Source: Ignavibacteriales bacterium | GTDB taxonomy: Bacteria > Bacteroidota > Ignavibacteria > UBA10030 > UBA6906 | Assembly (NCBI GenBank): GCA_037441705.1 | Contig: JBBIRR010000011.1 | Coordinates: 17,678 to 81,677 of the forward strand | Direction: 5' to 3' | DNA length: 64,000 nt | Part shown: positions 18,186 to 27,010 of the stretch, in pieces | Numbering within the stretch: the first letter of the stretch is position 1 | Layout of the letters: the number at the start of each line of letters is the position of its first letter | Notes under the pieces: generated by a model | What the model was told of the DNA's origin: nothing | Database searches by the model: none | Seen by the model: the letters and a program-made list of their open reading frames with translations, nothing else | Translations under genes and position numbers: made by a program

Positions 18186-19703
18186 ATGGAACATTTCAAA
18201 AGCAGCATCTACAAATTGATTGTCGAAACCTCCAGCAACCTGCCGCCCGATGTTCGGCGGGCGCTTGTCCGGGCGATGGAGGAGGAGAACCCGAATACGC
18301 AGTCCGGACTCGCGCTGCAAACCATTGCCGTCAACGTGGACATGGCGTGCGAGCTTGAAGCCCCCATCTGCCAGGACACCGGCATGCCGACGTTCGTCAT
18401 TCATTGCCCGGTCGGGGCAAATCAGATCGTCATGAAGCAGCAAATTCTGGAGGCAGTTGCCGAAGCAACGACCAAAGGCAAACTGCGTCCGAACTCCGTG
18501 GACTCGATCACGGGCAAAAACAGCGGCAACAACCTCGGGCCGGGCACGCCGGTGATTCACTTCGAGCAATGGGAAAACGACGACATTGACGTCCGCCTTA
18601 TCCTCAAAGGCGGCGGTTGCGAGAACAAGAACATCCAGTACTCACTCCCGACAGAGCTGCCGCATCTCGGTCGTGCGGATCGCAACTTAGAAGGCGTTCG
18701 CAAGGCGATCATGCACGCGGTCTATCAGGCGCAGGGCCAGGGATGCAGCGTCGGCGCCATCGGCGTCGCGATCGGCGGCGACCGCACGTCGGGTTACGAG
18801 TACGCCAAGCAGCAGCTCTTTCGTTCGCTCGATGACGTGAATCCGAACCCCGAGCTGGCGCAACTCGAGGCGCGCATCATGGCGGATGCAAACAAGCTCG
18901 GCATCGGGACCATGGGCTTCGGCGGACGCGTGACGCTCATCGGTTGCAAGATCGGCGCATACAATCGTCTGCCGGCAAGTTTCTTCGTCAGCGTGGCGTA
19001 CGACTGCTGGGCCTTCCGTCGGCTTGGGGTTGTGTTAGATTCCCGCACCGGCGCAATCAAGCGCTGGTTGTACAAAGAGGAAGGACCCGCCGTGAAGATG
19101 GCCAAACGGGAAGGTTTGCCCCTCACCGGACGCGAAGTGTCGCTCACAACGCCCATCTCCGAATCGCAGGTACGCCAATTGAAGGTCGGCGATGTTGTGC
19201 TGCTCAACGGACTCGTGCACATGGGCAGGGATATGCTCCACCATCATTTGATGACGCACGATGCGCCTGTGGACTTGCGCGGCGCGGCACTCTATCACTG
19301 CGGCCCCGTCGTGCTGAAAGCCAACGGCAAGTGGAACATGACCGCGGCCGGCCCCACGACGAGCAGCCGCGAGGAGCCGTATCAAGCCGAGATCATCAAG
19401 AAGTTCGGCATTCGTGCCGTGATCGGGAAAGGCGGAATGGGGGCGAAGACACTTGCAGCGCTGAAGGAATACGGCGCGGTGTACCTCAACGCTATCGGCG
19501 GCGCGGCGCAGTTCTATGCAAAGTGCATCACCGAAGTCAAGGGCGTGGATTTCCTTGAAGAGTTCGGTGTACCCGAAGCAATGTGGCATGTGGTCGTAAA
19601 GGATTTTCCCGCCATCGTTACGATGGATGCAAACGGCAACAGCCTCCACGCCGATGTGGACAAGGCAAGCGCGGAGGAACTGAAGAAGTTTGCGGAGGTG
19701 TGA
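18186..19703 (+). CDS. fumA: Class I fumarate hydratase (Fe-S)
   Basis: Motifs PICQDTG, LKGGGCEN, GIGTMGFGG, YHCGP, AGPTTS and IGKGGM. Confidence 0.93.
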   Translation: MEHFKSSIYKLIVETSSNLPPDVRRALVRAMEEENPNTQSGLALQTIAVNVDMACELEAPICQDTGMPTFVIHCPVGANQIVMKQQILEAVAEATTKGKLRPNSVDSITGKNSGNNLGPGTPVIHFEQWENDDIDVRLILKGGGCENKNIQYSLPTELPHLGRADRNLEGVRKAIMHAVYQAQGQGCSVGAIGVAIGGDRTSGYEYAKQQLFRSLDDVNPNPELAQLEARIMADANKLGIGTMGFGGRVTLIGCKIGAYNRLPASFFVSVAYDCWAFRRLGVVLDSRTGAIKRWLYKEEGPAVKMAKREGLPLTGREVSLTTPISESQVRQLKVGDVVLLNGLVHMGRDMLHHHLMTHDAPVDLRGAALYHCGPVVLKANGKWNMTAAGPTTSSREEPYQAEIIKKFGIRAVIGKGGMGAKTLAALKEYGAVYLNAIGGAAQFYAKCITEVKGVDFLEEFGVPEAMWHVVVKDFPAIVTMDANGNSLHADVDKASAEELKKFAEV

Positions 19704-19750
19704 GGGGGGCGCACACCATCAAAACGTTAGTGTAGATGGGAGGTGATGCT

Positions 19751-20200
19751 ATGAAGTCTCGATTCCTTATCATCTTGATGTGCCTTGGCTGCTGCTTTCT
19801 GGGCTGCAAGGATTTCGGCGAGGAATTGCAATCGGAGGACTGGCAGTTCACGGGAGTGAACAGGCCCTGGACTCTGTACTCGCTCCAGCTCAACGGTGTA
19901 CCGGTCTCGATACCTGCGGGGCAGGTATTCTCGTACTCGGTGTTGTTTGAAAATGAAACGAGCTTTCGCGCGCAGAGTCATTGCAATTCTTGCTATGGCA
20001 GCTACCGCGTTGGTTTGCGCAACGCATTTGCGGTTTCTTTTCTCTCCTGCACCGAGATGCTGTGCCCACCGCCTTCGGTGGACGGAGAGTTTCGGGAAGC
20101 CCTGCGTCGCGTTTCTTCTTATGAATCTGATGAATACTCCCTTACCCTTTGGGGGGATAATGGAAAAACCGTCTTGCGCTTCTTTTACAACATTCGTTAG
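19751..20200 (+). CDS. META-domain lipoprotein (HslJ-like)
   Basis: SD GGAGG, lipobox FLGC, WTLYSL, HCNSCYGSY, CTEMLC, and terminal LTLW...VLRF. Confidence 0.75.
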   Translation: MKSRFLIILMCLGCCFLGCKDFGEELQSEDWQFTGVNRPWTLYSLQLNGVPVSIPAGQVFSYSVLFENETSFRAQSHCNSCYGSYRVGLRNAFAVSFLSCTEMLCPPPSVDGEFREALRRVSSYESDEYSLTLWGDNGKTVLRFFYNIR

Positions 20201-20232
20201 CATCCTTCATCAATCACTTTTGGAGAATCCTC

Positions 20233-20730
20233 ATGCTCAGCAAAACCATCCACCAGGCGTTCAACAACCAAATTAAGGACGAATTGGAATCGGCGTACCT
20301 GTATCTTGCCATGTCCTCCTACTGCAACGCCCAGAGCTTTTTTGGCTTTGCAAAATGGCTGCGGATGCAGGCGCAGGAAGAGTTGGGCCACGGCATGAGG
20401 TTGTTCGACTACGTGCATCACCGCGGCGGGCAGGTGTCGCTTCAGGCAATCGAGCAGCCGAAGGCGAGTTTCCCCGATTTGTTGGAGGTGTTCACGACGG
20501 TGTTGGGGCATGAGCAGAAAGTGACCGAGCGAATCCACAAGCTGTACGAACTGACGCTGAAGGAGAACGATTACGCCAGCCAGATCGAGCTGCAATGGTT
20601 CATCACCGAGCAGGTGGAGGAAGAGCAAAGCGCAAAAACCATTGTCGAGCAGCTCGTGCTCGTCGGTGAGAACAAAGCGGCGCTGCTGATGATGGATCGG
20701 GAGATGGCGGCACGGACGAGCGCGGCATAG
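20233..20730 (+). CDS. ftnA: Non-heme ferritin
   Basis: Ferroxidase pattern NQIKDELESAYLYLAMS, QAQEELGH, HEQKVT and LQWFITEQVEEE. Confidence 0.95.
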   Translation: MLSKTIHQAFNNQIKDELESAYLYLAMSSYCNAQSFFGFAKWLRMQAQEELGHGMRLFDYVHHRGGQVSLQAIEQPKASFPDLLEVFTTVLGHEQKVTERIHKLYELTLKENDYASQIELQWFITEQVEEEQSAKTIVEQLVLVGENKAALLMMDREMAARTSAA

Positions 20731-20746
20731 TCAGGGGACGTTGCCC

Positions 20747-21979
20747 ATGCCCGCGAGGCTCTGGGATGCGCTCATCGCGGCGATGACCACGCTGGCCGGT
20801 GTGGTCATTCCGCTGGAGCTTGTTATCGGCCTGCAGATGCCTGCAGGCTTTGTTGTGTTTGAGTGGGTACTCACGGTGGTGTTTGCGGCCGACCTTGTCG
20901 TCCGGCTGCGGCAGGCTCGCCGGTCGAGACACGGCGCGCACCGCCGCTCTCACACATACACCTGGGCGGTTATTGACAGCATAGCCGCGTTCCCATTCTT
21001 CCTTTTCCCGCTGCCTCCGGTCGCACACCTCTTCCGCTTCTTCAAGTTCGGACGCCTGATGCAGGCGATGCGTACATACTGGATGCACAACATCCATCAG
21101 TCGCTTGTTATTCGGCTCGTACTGTTCAGCTACTGGTTGGTTCTTGCCACACACTGGTCTTCCTGCGTCTGGCTGATGATACGGGGGATGGACCCTCGCA
21201 CGGATGTTGAAACAAGTTATATCGGCAGCCTCTACTTCTGCATTTCCACAGTCTCCACCGTCGGCTTTGGCGACATCACACCAACGACGAACGCCGAGAG
21301 GCTCTTTGTTATAGGCATGATGCTCTTGGGTGTCGGCGTGTATGGCTTTGCCATCGGTAACGTTGCGAGCATGCTTACGCGCATCGATCCGGCCCGGGCC
21401 CACTATATCGAGAACATGGAGAAGCTCGCCGCCTTCATGCGCTATAAAGCTGTGCCCGAAGATCTACGCAGGCGGATGACCGACTTCTACACGTATTTAT
21501 GGGAGAAGCGCCTCGGCTATGATGAAGCCGCCATCCTCATGTCGCTTCCGCCGAGTTTGCGAACGGAAGTGTCGCTGTTCCTGAAGCGCGACGTCATTCA
21601 GAGAGTGCCGCTGTTCAAAGATGCGGGCGAGGCATTTGTGCGCGATATTGCGCTGCAGATGTTGCCTGTGGTGTTTCTGCCGGGCGATTTCGTTTGTCGT
21701 GCGGGAGAGCCGGGCAACACGATGTATTTTGTGAGTCGCGGCGAGCTTGAGGTTCTTTCAAAGGACGGAAAAACGGTGCTCGCCCTTCTGCGTGATGGAG
21801 ATTTTTTTGGAGAGATTGCGTTGATTCTGAACCAGCCGCGTTCGGCAAGCGTAAGAGCGAGAACCTACTGCGACCTCTATGCCCTGGATCGCCCGTTGTT
21901 ACAGCGTGTGCTCGCCAACTATCCCGACGTTGCCAGCAAGATCGAAGCGCGTGCGCGGGAGAGGAGTTTGAGGGAGTAA
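20747..21979 (+). CDS. Cyclic nucleotide-gated K+ channel (SthK-like)
   Basis: S1-S6 segments, pore SLYFCISTVSTVGFGDITP, C-linker (YLWE, LPPSLR), and CNBD FFGEIAL...PRSASVRA. Confidence 0.9.
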   Translation: MPARLWDALIAAMTTLAGVVIPLELVIGLQMPAGFVVFEWVLTVVFAADLVVRLRQARRSRHGAHRRSHTYTWAVIDSIAAFPFFLFPLPPVAHLFRFFKFGRLMQAMRTYWMHNIHQSLVIRLVLFSYWLVLATHWSSCVWLMIRGMDPRTDVETSYIGSLYFCISTVSTVGFGDITPTTNAERLFVIGMMLLGVGVYGFAIGNVASMLTRIDPARAHYIENMEKLAAFMRYKAVPEDLRRRMTDFYTYLWEKRLGYDEAAILMSLPPSLRTEVSLFLKRDVIQRVPLFKDAGEAFVRDIALQMLPVVFLPGDFVCRAGEPGNTMYFVSRGELEVLSKDGKTVLALLRDGDFFGEIALILNQPRSASVRARTYCDLYALDRPLLQRVLANYPDVASKIEARARERSLRE

Positions 21980-22028
21980 AACCGCGTCGCACGATGGTGC
22001 CGGCAGCAAACCAATTCGGCAGCAAGAG

Positions 22029-22865
22029 TCAGTACAACTCAATCTCCGGCACGGCACGAATCAGTCCCTTCTCATATCCTTTCTTGAACAGAAGCTCGAG
22101 GGCCTTTTTCCCACTCTCTCCCATATCAATCGTCAGCTCACTCACGTACATCTTGACAAACTTCTCTCCAAGCTTCTTGTCTATACCTCGGCCCCACTGC
22201 ATGGCGTAGGGGATTGATTCTTCTTGATGCGCGTAGCCGTAAGCGATGCTGTCCTTTAATCCCCGGGATAGTTTTCGCGCCAATTCGGTTCCCAGGTCCT
22301 TTCTCACGACGTCGAGTCCCAGCGGCAGCGGCAATCCGCCGGTCTCGTGCTGCCAGAGTTCTCCGAAATCAACAATCTTGTGATAGCCGAGTGCGCGGTA
22401 GGTGATCTGGCCTTCGTGGATAAGGAGTCCCGCGTCGACGGTTCCGTCGTCCACGGCTTGCATGATCTGATCGAACGGCATGTCGACGTTGCGGATGCCC
22501 GTGGTAAAAATCTTGAACAGCAGCGTTGCCGTTGTCAGCGGGCCCGGCGTGCCGACGGTTTTGCCGTCCAGCTCGGCAAGCGATCGGTATTTGCGCGATA
22601 CGATCACGGGGCCATACCCTTCGCCCATGCTCGCGCCGGTTTTCATGATCCAATACCTGTCGGCAACATAGGGGAAGGCGTGTGCGGAGATGGCGGTCAC
22701 CTCCAGCTCGGCCTTCATCGCTCGTTCGTTCAGTGACTGGATGTCCTCAAGCAGGTGCTCGATCGTGATTCCATCAAGCATCACCTTCCCGCTTGCAAGT
22801 CCATAAAACATGAACGCATCATCGGGGTCGGGGCTGTGTCCAACGCGAATAATTCGGTTTGTCAT
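22029..22865 (-). CDS. mqnD: 1,4-dihydroxy-6-naphthoate synthase (futalosine menaquinone pathway), MqnA/MqnD family
   Basis: Motifs GHSPDPDDAFMFY, GEGYGP, PGPLTTA, LIHEG and LPLPLG. Confidence 0.88.
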   Translation of the reverse strand: MTNRIIRVGHSPDPDDAFMFYGLASGKVMLDGITIEHLLEDIQSLNERAMKAELEVTAISAHAFPYVADRYWIMKTGASMGEGYGPVIVSRKYRSLAELDGKTVGTPGPLTTATLLFKIFTTGIRNVDMPFDQIMQAVDDGTVDAGLLIHEGQITYRALGYHKIVDFGELWQHETGGLPLPLGLDVVRKDLGTELARKLSRGLKDSIAYGYAHQEESIPYAMQWGRGIDKKLGEKFVKMYVSELTIDMGESGKKALELLFKKGYEKGLIRAVPEIELY

Positions 22866-22898
22866 CTTGCAAATGAAATTCTGGTCATAAACACGTGT

Positions 22899-24173
22899 TT
22901 AGTCTGCGGGATCGATCCGATAGACGACACCCAAGCCGTAATCGGCCACGTACAGTTTGCCAACGGCGTCGCGTCCAAACGTTGAGATCTGAATGGGCCA
23001 CTGGCCAAGAGCGAGAGCGTCTGACGGTGACAGGCGTTCCTCCGTATGCGTCGGCAGCCGCAGTGCCCAGATGCGCCCGGAAATGAAGTCGCCGAAGATG
23101 TATAAGCCTTTTAGCATTGCGAAATCATCAGCAAGGTAAACGTATCCGCCCGTGATCGAAAGGCCCTCCTCTCGTCCGTACACATAGAACGGCTGCGCAA
23201 AGTGCTTTCCGGTACAACCTTCGGACGTGTCGTACGGTGCAAGCCCCTCGCGGCAGCGCCAGCCGTAGTTTTTTCCTTTCTCGACGATATCAATTTCTTC
23301 CCACGCGTTTTGTCCCACATCGGCAATGATCAGACGGCCCTGCGGGTCGAACGAGTATCGCCACGGATTCCTCAGGCCGGTCGCCCAGATTTCCTGACGA
23401 ACACCCGCTGCATTCACGAATGGGTTATCGGCTGGAACGGAGTATGGGGAGTTCACCGTCGGGGTCGGGTCTATGCGCAACATCTTGCCCAGCAGGGTTG
23501 CCGTGTTCTGCCCGTTGTTGTGTGGGTCACCGATCCAACCGCCGTCGCCCCAACCGATGTAAAGATAGCCATCGGGTCCGAACGCAAGCTGCCCCGCGTT
23601 GTGATTCTGATACGGCTGCTCGACCTCCATCACGGTTCGTATGCGTGCAACGCCGGCCTTCCGTATATCGGCAGGCTGTCGGAGTCGCACTTCCAGCACT
23701 CTACTCATCCGGCCTTCTTCAGGCGTGAGGTTGACGTAGAACAGCGGGGTGTCGGGATATGCCGGATGAAACGTCATTCCCAGCAGTCCTTGCTCCGAGA
23801 CCGTTGCCACGTCGAATGTCATCACCACGCCGCTGTCGGCCGATGTCATGTCGTACCATTTCATTTTTCCTTCCTTCTCGAGCACAACCATCACCTGAGG
23901 ATTTTTCGGGTCGAATTGAATATCCGTCGGTTGATCGAGACCTCGCACGACAGGTATGAGTCTGGCCGGGACTCGCCGCCGCGACGTGTCGGGGCCTGAG
24001 AACTCGGCCTTCAGTTCGGGAATCGCATCCGGCGGGCCGTAGCTGCCGGAGAACAGATGCGTGAGCGCGCGGCGAATCTCAATGCAACCGACGAATGCCA
24101 ACGACGCAAGCAGCGTTGTGGTGATGACTCGGTTGCGTTGAACGCTGGAATGCTCGCACCAATTCATGATCAT
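22899..24173 (-). CDS. PQQ-dependent glucose/sorbosone dehydrogenase-family beta-propeller
   Basis: Motifs EQGLLG, NHNAGQLAFGPDGYLYIGWGDGG, GKMLRID, PADNPF, GLRNPWR, DVGQ and GKNYGW; N-terminal hydrophobic/lipobox segment. Confidence 0.9.
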   Translation of the reverse strand: MIMNWCEHSSVQRNRVITTTLLASLAFVGCIEIRRALTHLFSGSYGPPDAIPELKAEFSGPDTSRRRVPARLIPVVRGLDQPTDIQFDPKNPQVMVVLEKEGKMKWYDMTSADSGVVMTFDVATVSEQGLLGMTFHPAYPDTPLFYVNLTPEEGRMSRVLEVRLRQPADIRKAGVARIRTVMEVEQPYQNHNAGQLAFGPDGYLYIGWGDGGWIGDPHNNGQNTATLLGKMLRIDPTPTVNSPYSVPADNPFVNAAGVRQEIWATGLRNPWRYSFDPQGRLIIADVGQNAWEEIDIVEKGKNYGWRCREGLAPYDTSEGCTGKHFAQPFYVYGREEGLSITGGYVYLADDFAMLKGLYIFGDFISGRIWALRLPTHTEERLSPSDALALGQWPIQISTFGRDAVGKLYVADYGLGVVYRIDPAD

Positions 24174-24287
24174 CCTCTTGTGCTGAGGACTATGATAACG
24201 TGAGGGCGTACGAGATGCAAGCCGAAAAACCCTGTACGTTCGAGAGGGAGGGGAGTGAGCAAATCAGGTGGATAATTTCCTTCGGCG

Positions 24288-25571
24288 TCAGAAGTCGAAC
24301 TTGATTCCCACCGTGCCGTACACGTAGTTCCGATGTTCCCAGGCGCGCGGTTTGCGGAAGACCACTGCGGAGAACTTGATCTCGCCGTAGAGAAATGGCG
24401 GAACAATTTCCGCCCAGCCGATGAACATGAGCAGGCGGCTGTATTGTGCCGTCACGCGGAAGCGATCGAAGCGATAGTTGCGATACTCGATGCGTATGAA
24501 CGGGTCAATGAATGATTCGGGTTCGCCGGCTTTGAAGATGGAATACTTGCCGCCGACTGCCACCGCTTTCCCGAGGTTCACTTTGTGATAGCTTGCCCCG
24601 AGATGAACGTTCAAGTTCTGTCGCTTCTCGTCGAAGAGGAAGTCGAACGCGTAGTATCCTTGCACGATGGCAGAAATGTAGTAGAGGCTATCGAGGTTGC
24701 TCGTGTAGTACTCATCGCGTCGACCCGAAAGGCCGCCGAAGGCAAAGCGTCCGCCAAGTGCAGCGTACGGAAACGATTCCGATGCGATGCGGATGGTTTC
24801 CCACTCGAATTCAAATTCACCCACAATCCCGTCGCTGCCGTTGAGCAATCGGGTTGTGCTGGTAAGGACCTGCGGCTGTCCGGGCTCGGCTCGATCAATG
24901 CCGCCGTTGATGGGAACCCACGCGCCGAGTTTGATGGACTTGTACATGCCCATGAGCCACGTATTGCCCGTCGCCCAGAAGGGATAGCCCAGTTCATCTT
25001 CACCGATACGACCCACCACACCCCAGTCGTTGCCGAAGCGCAGCGACGCACCGAACAGAGAGATGTCGGCCGAGACCCAATCCGGCTTCGTGGGATGTGC
25101 CATCGGGTTCGATTCCTCGGAGACGCGGCTTTTCAGACCGAACGGCGGTTCGTTGCGCCGCGCTTCTTCCATCAGGTCGGTTTTCAAGTCGCGTGCAAGC
25201 AGCGTCTGTGCGTACAGCTTGCCGTACGAGACGTTGCCGATGCGGATGTCGGTGATCGTTTGCGAATCGGGATTGGCAATGATGATGATCTTGTCGTCTT
25301 TGGAGAATTGCTTGCCGCGGTTTCGGAACGCAGCGTAGACGCGCAATTTCAAATTCGGCTCGTTCATCTCCCAGCGCGGGAAAGACGGCGCATACGCACT
25401 GTCCACGAGATTCAGTTCGGCGAGGATGCGCTCGAGAGATTGCAGGTCGGCACGTGCCGCTTCCACTTTTGCAACGAGCGAGTCATAGCTGGACTGTCCA
25501 CGGACCGGCAGCGTGCCTGCGAGACCGAGCGCAAGAAGGGGGAGAAGGCGGAGAAGGGCGAATCGTTTCAT
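24288..25571 (-). CDS. Hypothetical exported protein, predicted outer-membrane beta-barrel (paralog B)
   Basis: Signal peptide MKRFALLRLLPLLALGLAG, N-terminal coiled coil, amphipathic strands, and C-terminal YGTVGIKFDF ending in Phe. Shares motifs with 25587..26996. Confidence 0.75.
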   Translation of the reverse strand: MKRFALLRLLPLLALGLAGTLPVRGQSSYDSLVAKVEAARADLQSLERILAELNLVDSAYAPSFPRWEMNEPNLKLRVYAAFRNRGKQFSKDDKIIIIANPDSQTITDIRIGNVSYGKLYAQTLLARDLKTDLMEEARRNEPPFGLKSRVSEESNPMAHPTKPDWVSADISLFGASLRFGNDWGVVGRIGEDELGYPFWATGNTWLMGMYKSIKLGAWVPINGGIDRAEPGQPQVLTSTTRLLNGSDGIVGEFEFEWETIRIASESFPYAALGGRFAFGGLSGRRDEYYTSNLDSLYYISAIVQGYYAFDFLFDEKRQNLNVHLGASYHKVNLGKAVAVGGKYSIFKAGEPESFIDPFIRIEYRNYRFDRFRVTAQYSRLLMFIGWAEIVPPFLYGEIKFSAVVFRKPRAWEHRNYVYGTVGIKFDF

Positions 25572-25586
25572 GAGTGCGTCCACGTT

Positions 25587-26996
25587 CTACAAGCTGAAGG
25601 TATAAGGAATTGCCACCGTGAAGAAGTACGGCGGCTCCCACGCATGACGCGAGCGCGTGATAAGGGTGGAGAACTTTGCCTCGACGCGCAGCTGCTGCGG
25701 GATGATCTCCATCCACAGGCTTCCCAATGCCCAATCACGGAAATACTGAAGACTTGCACCGAACCTCCGCGCAAATTGCTGGTTCATGTACTCCGCCTTC
25801 CCGTACGGACTCCAGAAGAACCGGTTCTCGAACGGTGCCAGTTCCACCGTCCGACCGCCGCTGCGGAGTTGTTCGTCAATCCCGATATACTCCCCGCCCA
25901 GCCCAACCTTCATGCGCAAGAGGTTTGCGGTGTTGTTGATGTTGACGGTGAACGAATACCACACCGTGCCTGCGCCTTTGATCGTGTAGACGAACGCCGT
26001 GTCGGGAAACGTACCATCGTGATCCGAACGCGGAAAGCCGATCAACAACGAACCGCCGGCGAACGCCCAGTCGAACTCTGCCGTGACGCCGTAGGTGCCG
26101 GAAAGCTGGCGCGGCTTCCAGATAGAGCTGAGCGACCCGCTGCTGGCCGTGCCCCATTTGAACGGGATGTGCCCGCCGATTTTCAGTTGATTGTACAGCA
26201 CAAAGAAATTCAAGTTGCCGGAGGTCCAGAACGGGTGTGCGATTTCCTCGTCGCCGATGCGAGCTTCGATGCCCCACATATCTCCGAACCGTATGCGAAT
26301 GTCGTCGAAGAGGCGCAGGGTGACGATCGTTTCGGTCTTGTAGTCGGGGTTGCCAAAACTATACCGATCGAACGCGTGAAGAACACTGTCGGCCTCCTTG
26401 ACCAGTTTCGGCGCACTGAGGTCGGCGATGCGGAACTTCCGATCGATCAGCTCTTTGTCTTCGCTGTACTCGCGACTCTCGAGGATCTGGCGATACATCC
26501 CGCGCTCGGGCTTCTTATCGAGTGCCTCGCGCAGACGCTGCCCTTTGCGCTCTTTGCTATTGCCGGAAAAGTAGATAGCAACAAGGTCGGTGGAAGGCTC
26601 CGGTGTGGCGATCACCTGAATGTCGCCGCGACTTTCCAGAAAGCTCGAATCGTTGTCCGACACCTCGAAGAAGTACTGAGAGATCGTGTCGTTCAATGCG
26701 TCCGAAAGGGGGATGACCCACGAACGAAGCCGCGTGAAGTAGTAGGATTGCGGACCGAATGTGACTTTGTCCAACACGCTCTGCAGCCGTTCGGTACGCT
26801 GCCGCAGCGCCCGTAAGGTGTCCATGAGCGCAGTCAGAGAATCCTGCTGTCCCATCTGAATGTGTTGCGTGGGACCGGGCTCAGCAACCGACGAACCAGA
26901 CGCCCCCGGAGGTTGATTCGGTGCAGCAAACGCCGCGCAAGTTGCCACAAGAAGATACAGCGGTATCGAGAAGAAGGAACTCGTCCGGGTATGCAT
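25587..26996 (-). CDS. Hypothetical exported protein, predicted outer-membrane beta-barrel (paralog A)
   Basis: Signal peptide ending AAFA, coiled coil DSLTALMDTLRALRQRTERL, block RFGDMWGIEARIGDEEIAHPFWTSGN, and an aromatic-rich beta-strand C-terminus. Confidence 0.75.
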   Translation of the reverse strand: MHTRTSSFFSIPLYLLVATCAAFAAPNQPPGASGSSVAEPGPTQHIQMGQQDSLTALMDTLRALRQRTERLQSVLDKVTFGPQSYYFTRLRSWVIPLSDALNDTISQYFFEVSDNDSSFLESRGDIQVIATPEPSTDLVAIYFSGNSKERKGQRLREALDKKPERGMYRQILESREYSEDKELIDRKFRIADLSAPKLVKEADSVLHAFDRYSFGNPDYKTETIVTLRLFDDIRIRFGDMWGIEARIGDEEIAHPFWTSGNLNFFVLYNQLKIGGHIPFKWGTASSGSLSSIWKPRQLSGTYGVTAEFDWAFAGGSLLIGFPRSDHDGTFPDTAFVYTIKGAGTVWYSFTVNINNTANLLRMKVGLGGEYIGIDEQLRSGGRTVELAPFENRFFWSPYGKAEYMNQQFARRFGASLQYFRDWALGSLWMEIIPQQLRVEAKFSTLITRSRHAWEPPYFFTVAIPYTFSL

Positions 26997-27010
26997 GATG
27001 GCAGTGGCTC

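Noticed and set aside
19720-20205. META lipoprotein gene flanked by CGTTAG words, suggesting a gene cassette
   Set aside because: No inverse core or palindromic attC body was found, and the downstream GTTAG is simply the stop codon context.
24585-26816. 743-aa plus-strand ORF spanning both barrel-like paralogs
   Set aside because: Antisense shadow of two well-formed genes; no motifs, and its composition reflects reverse-complemented GC-rich codons.
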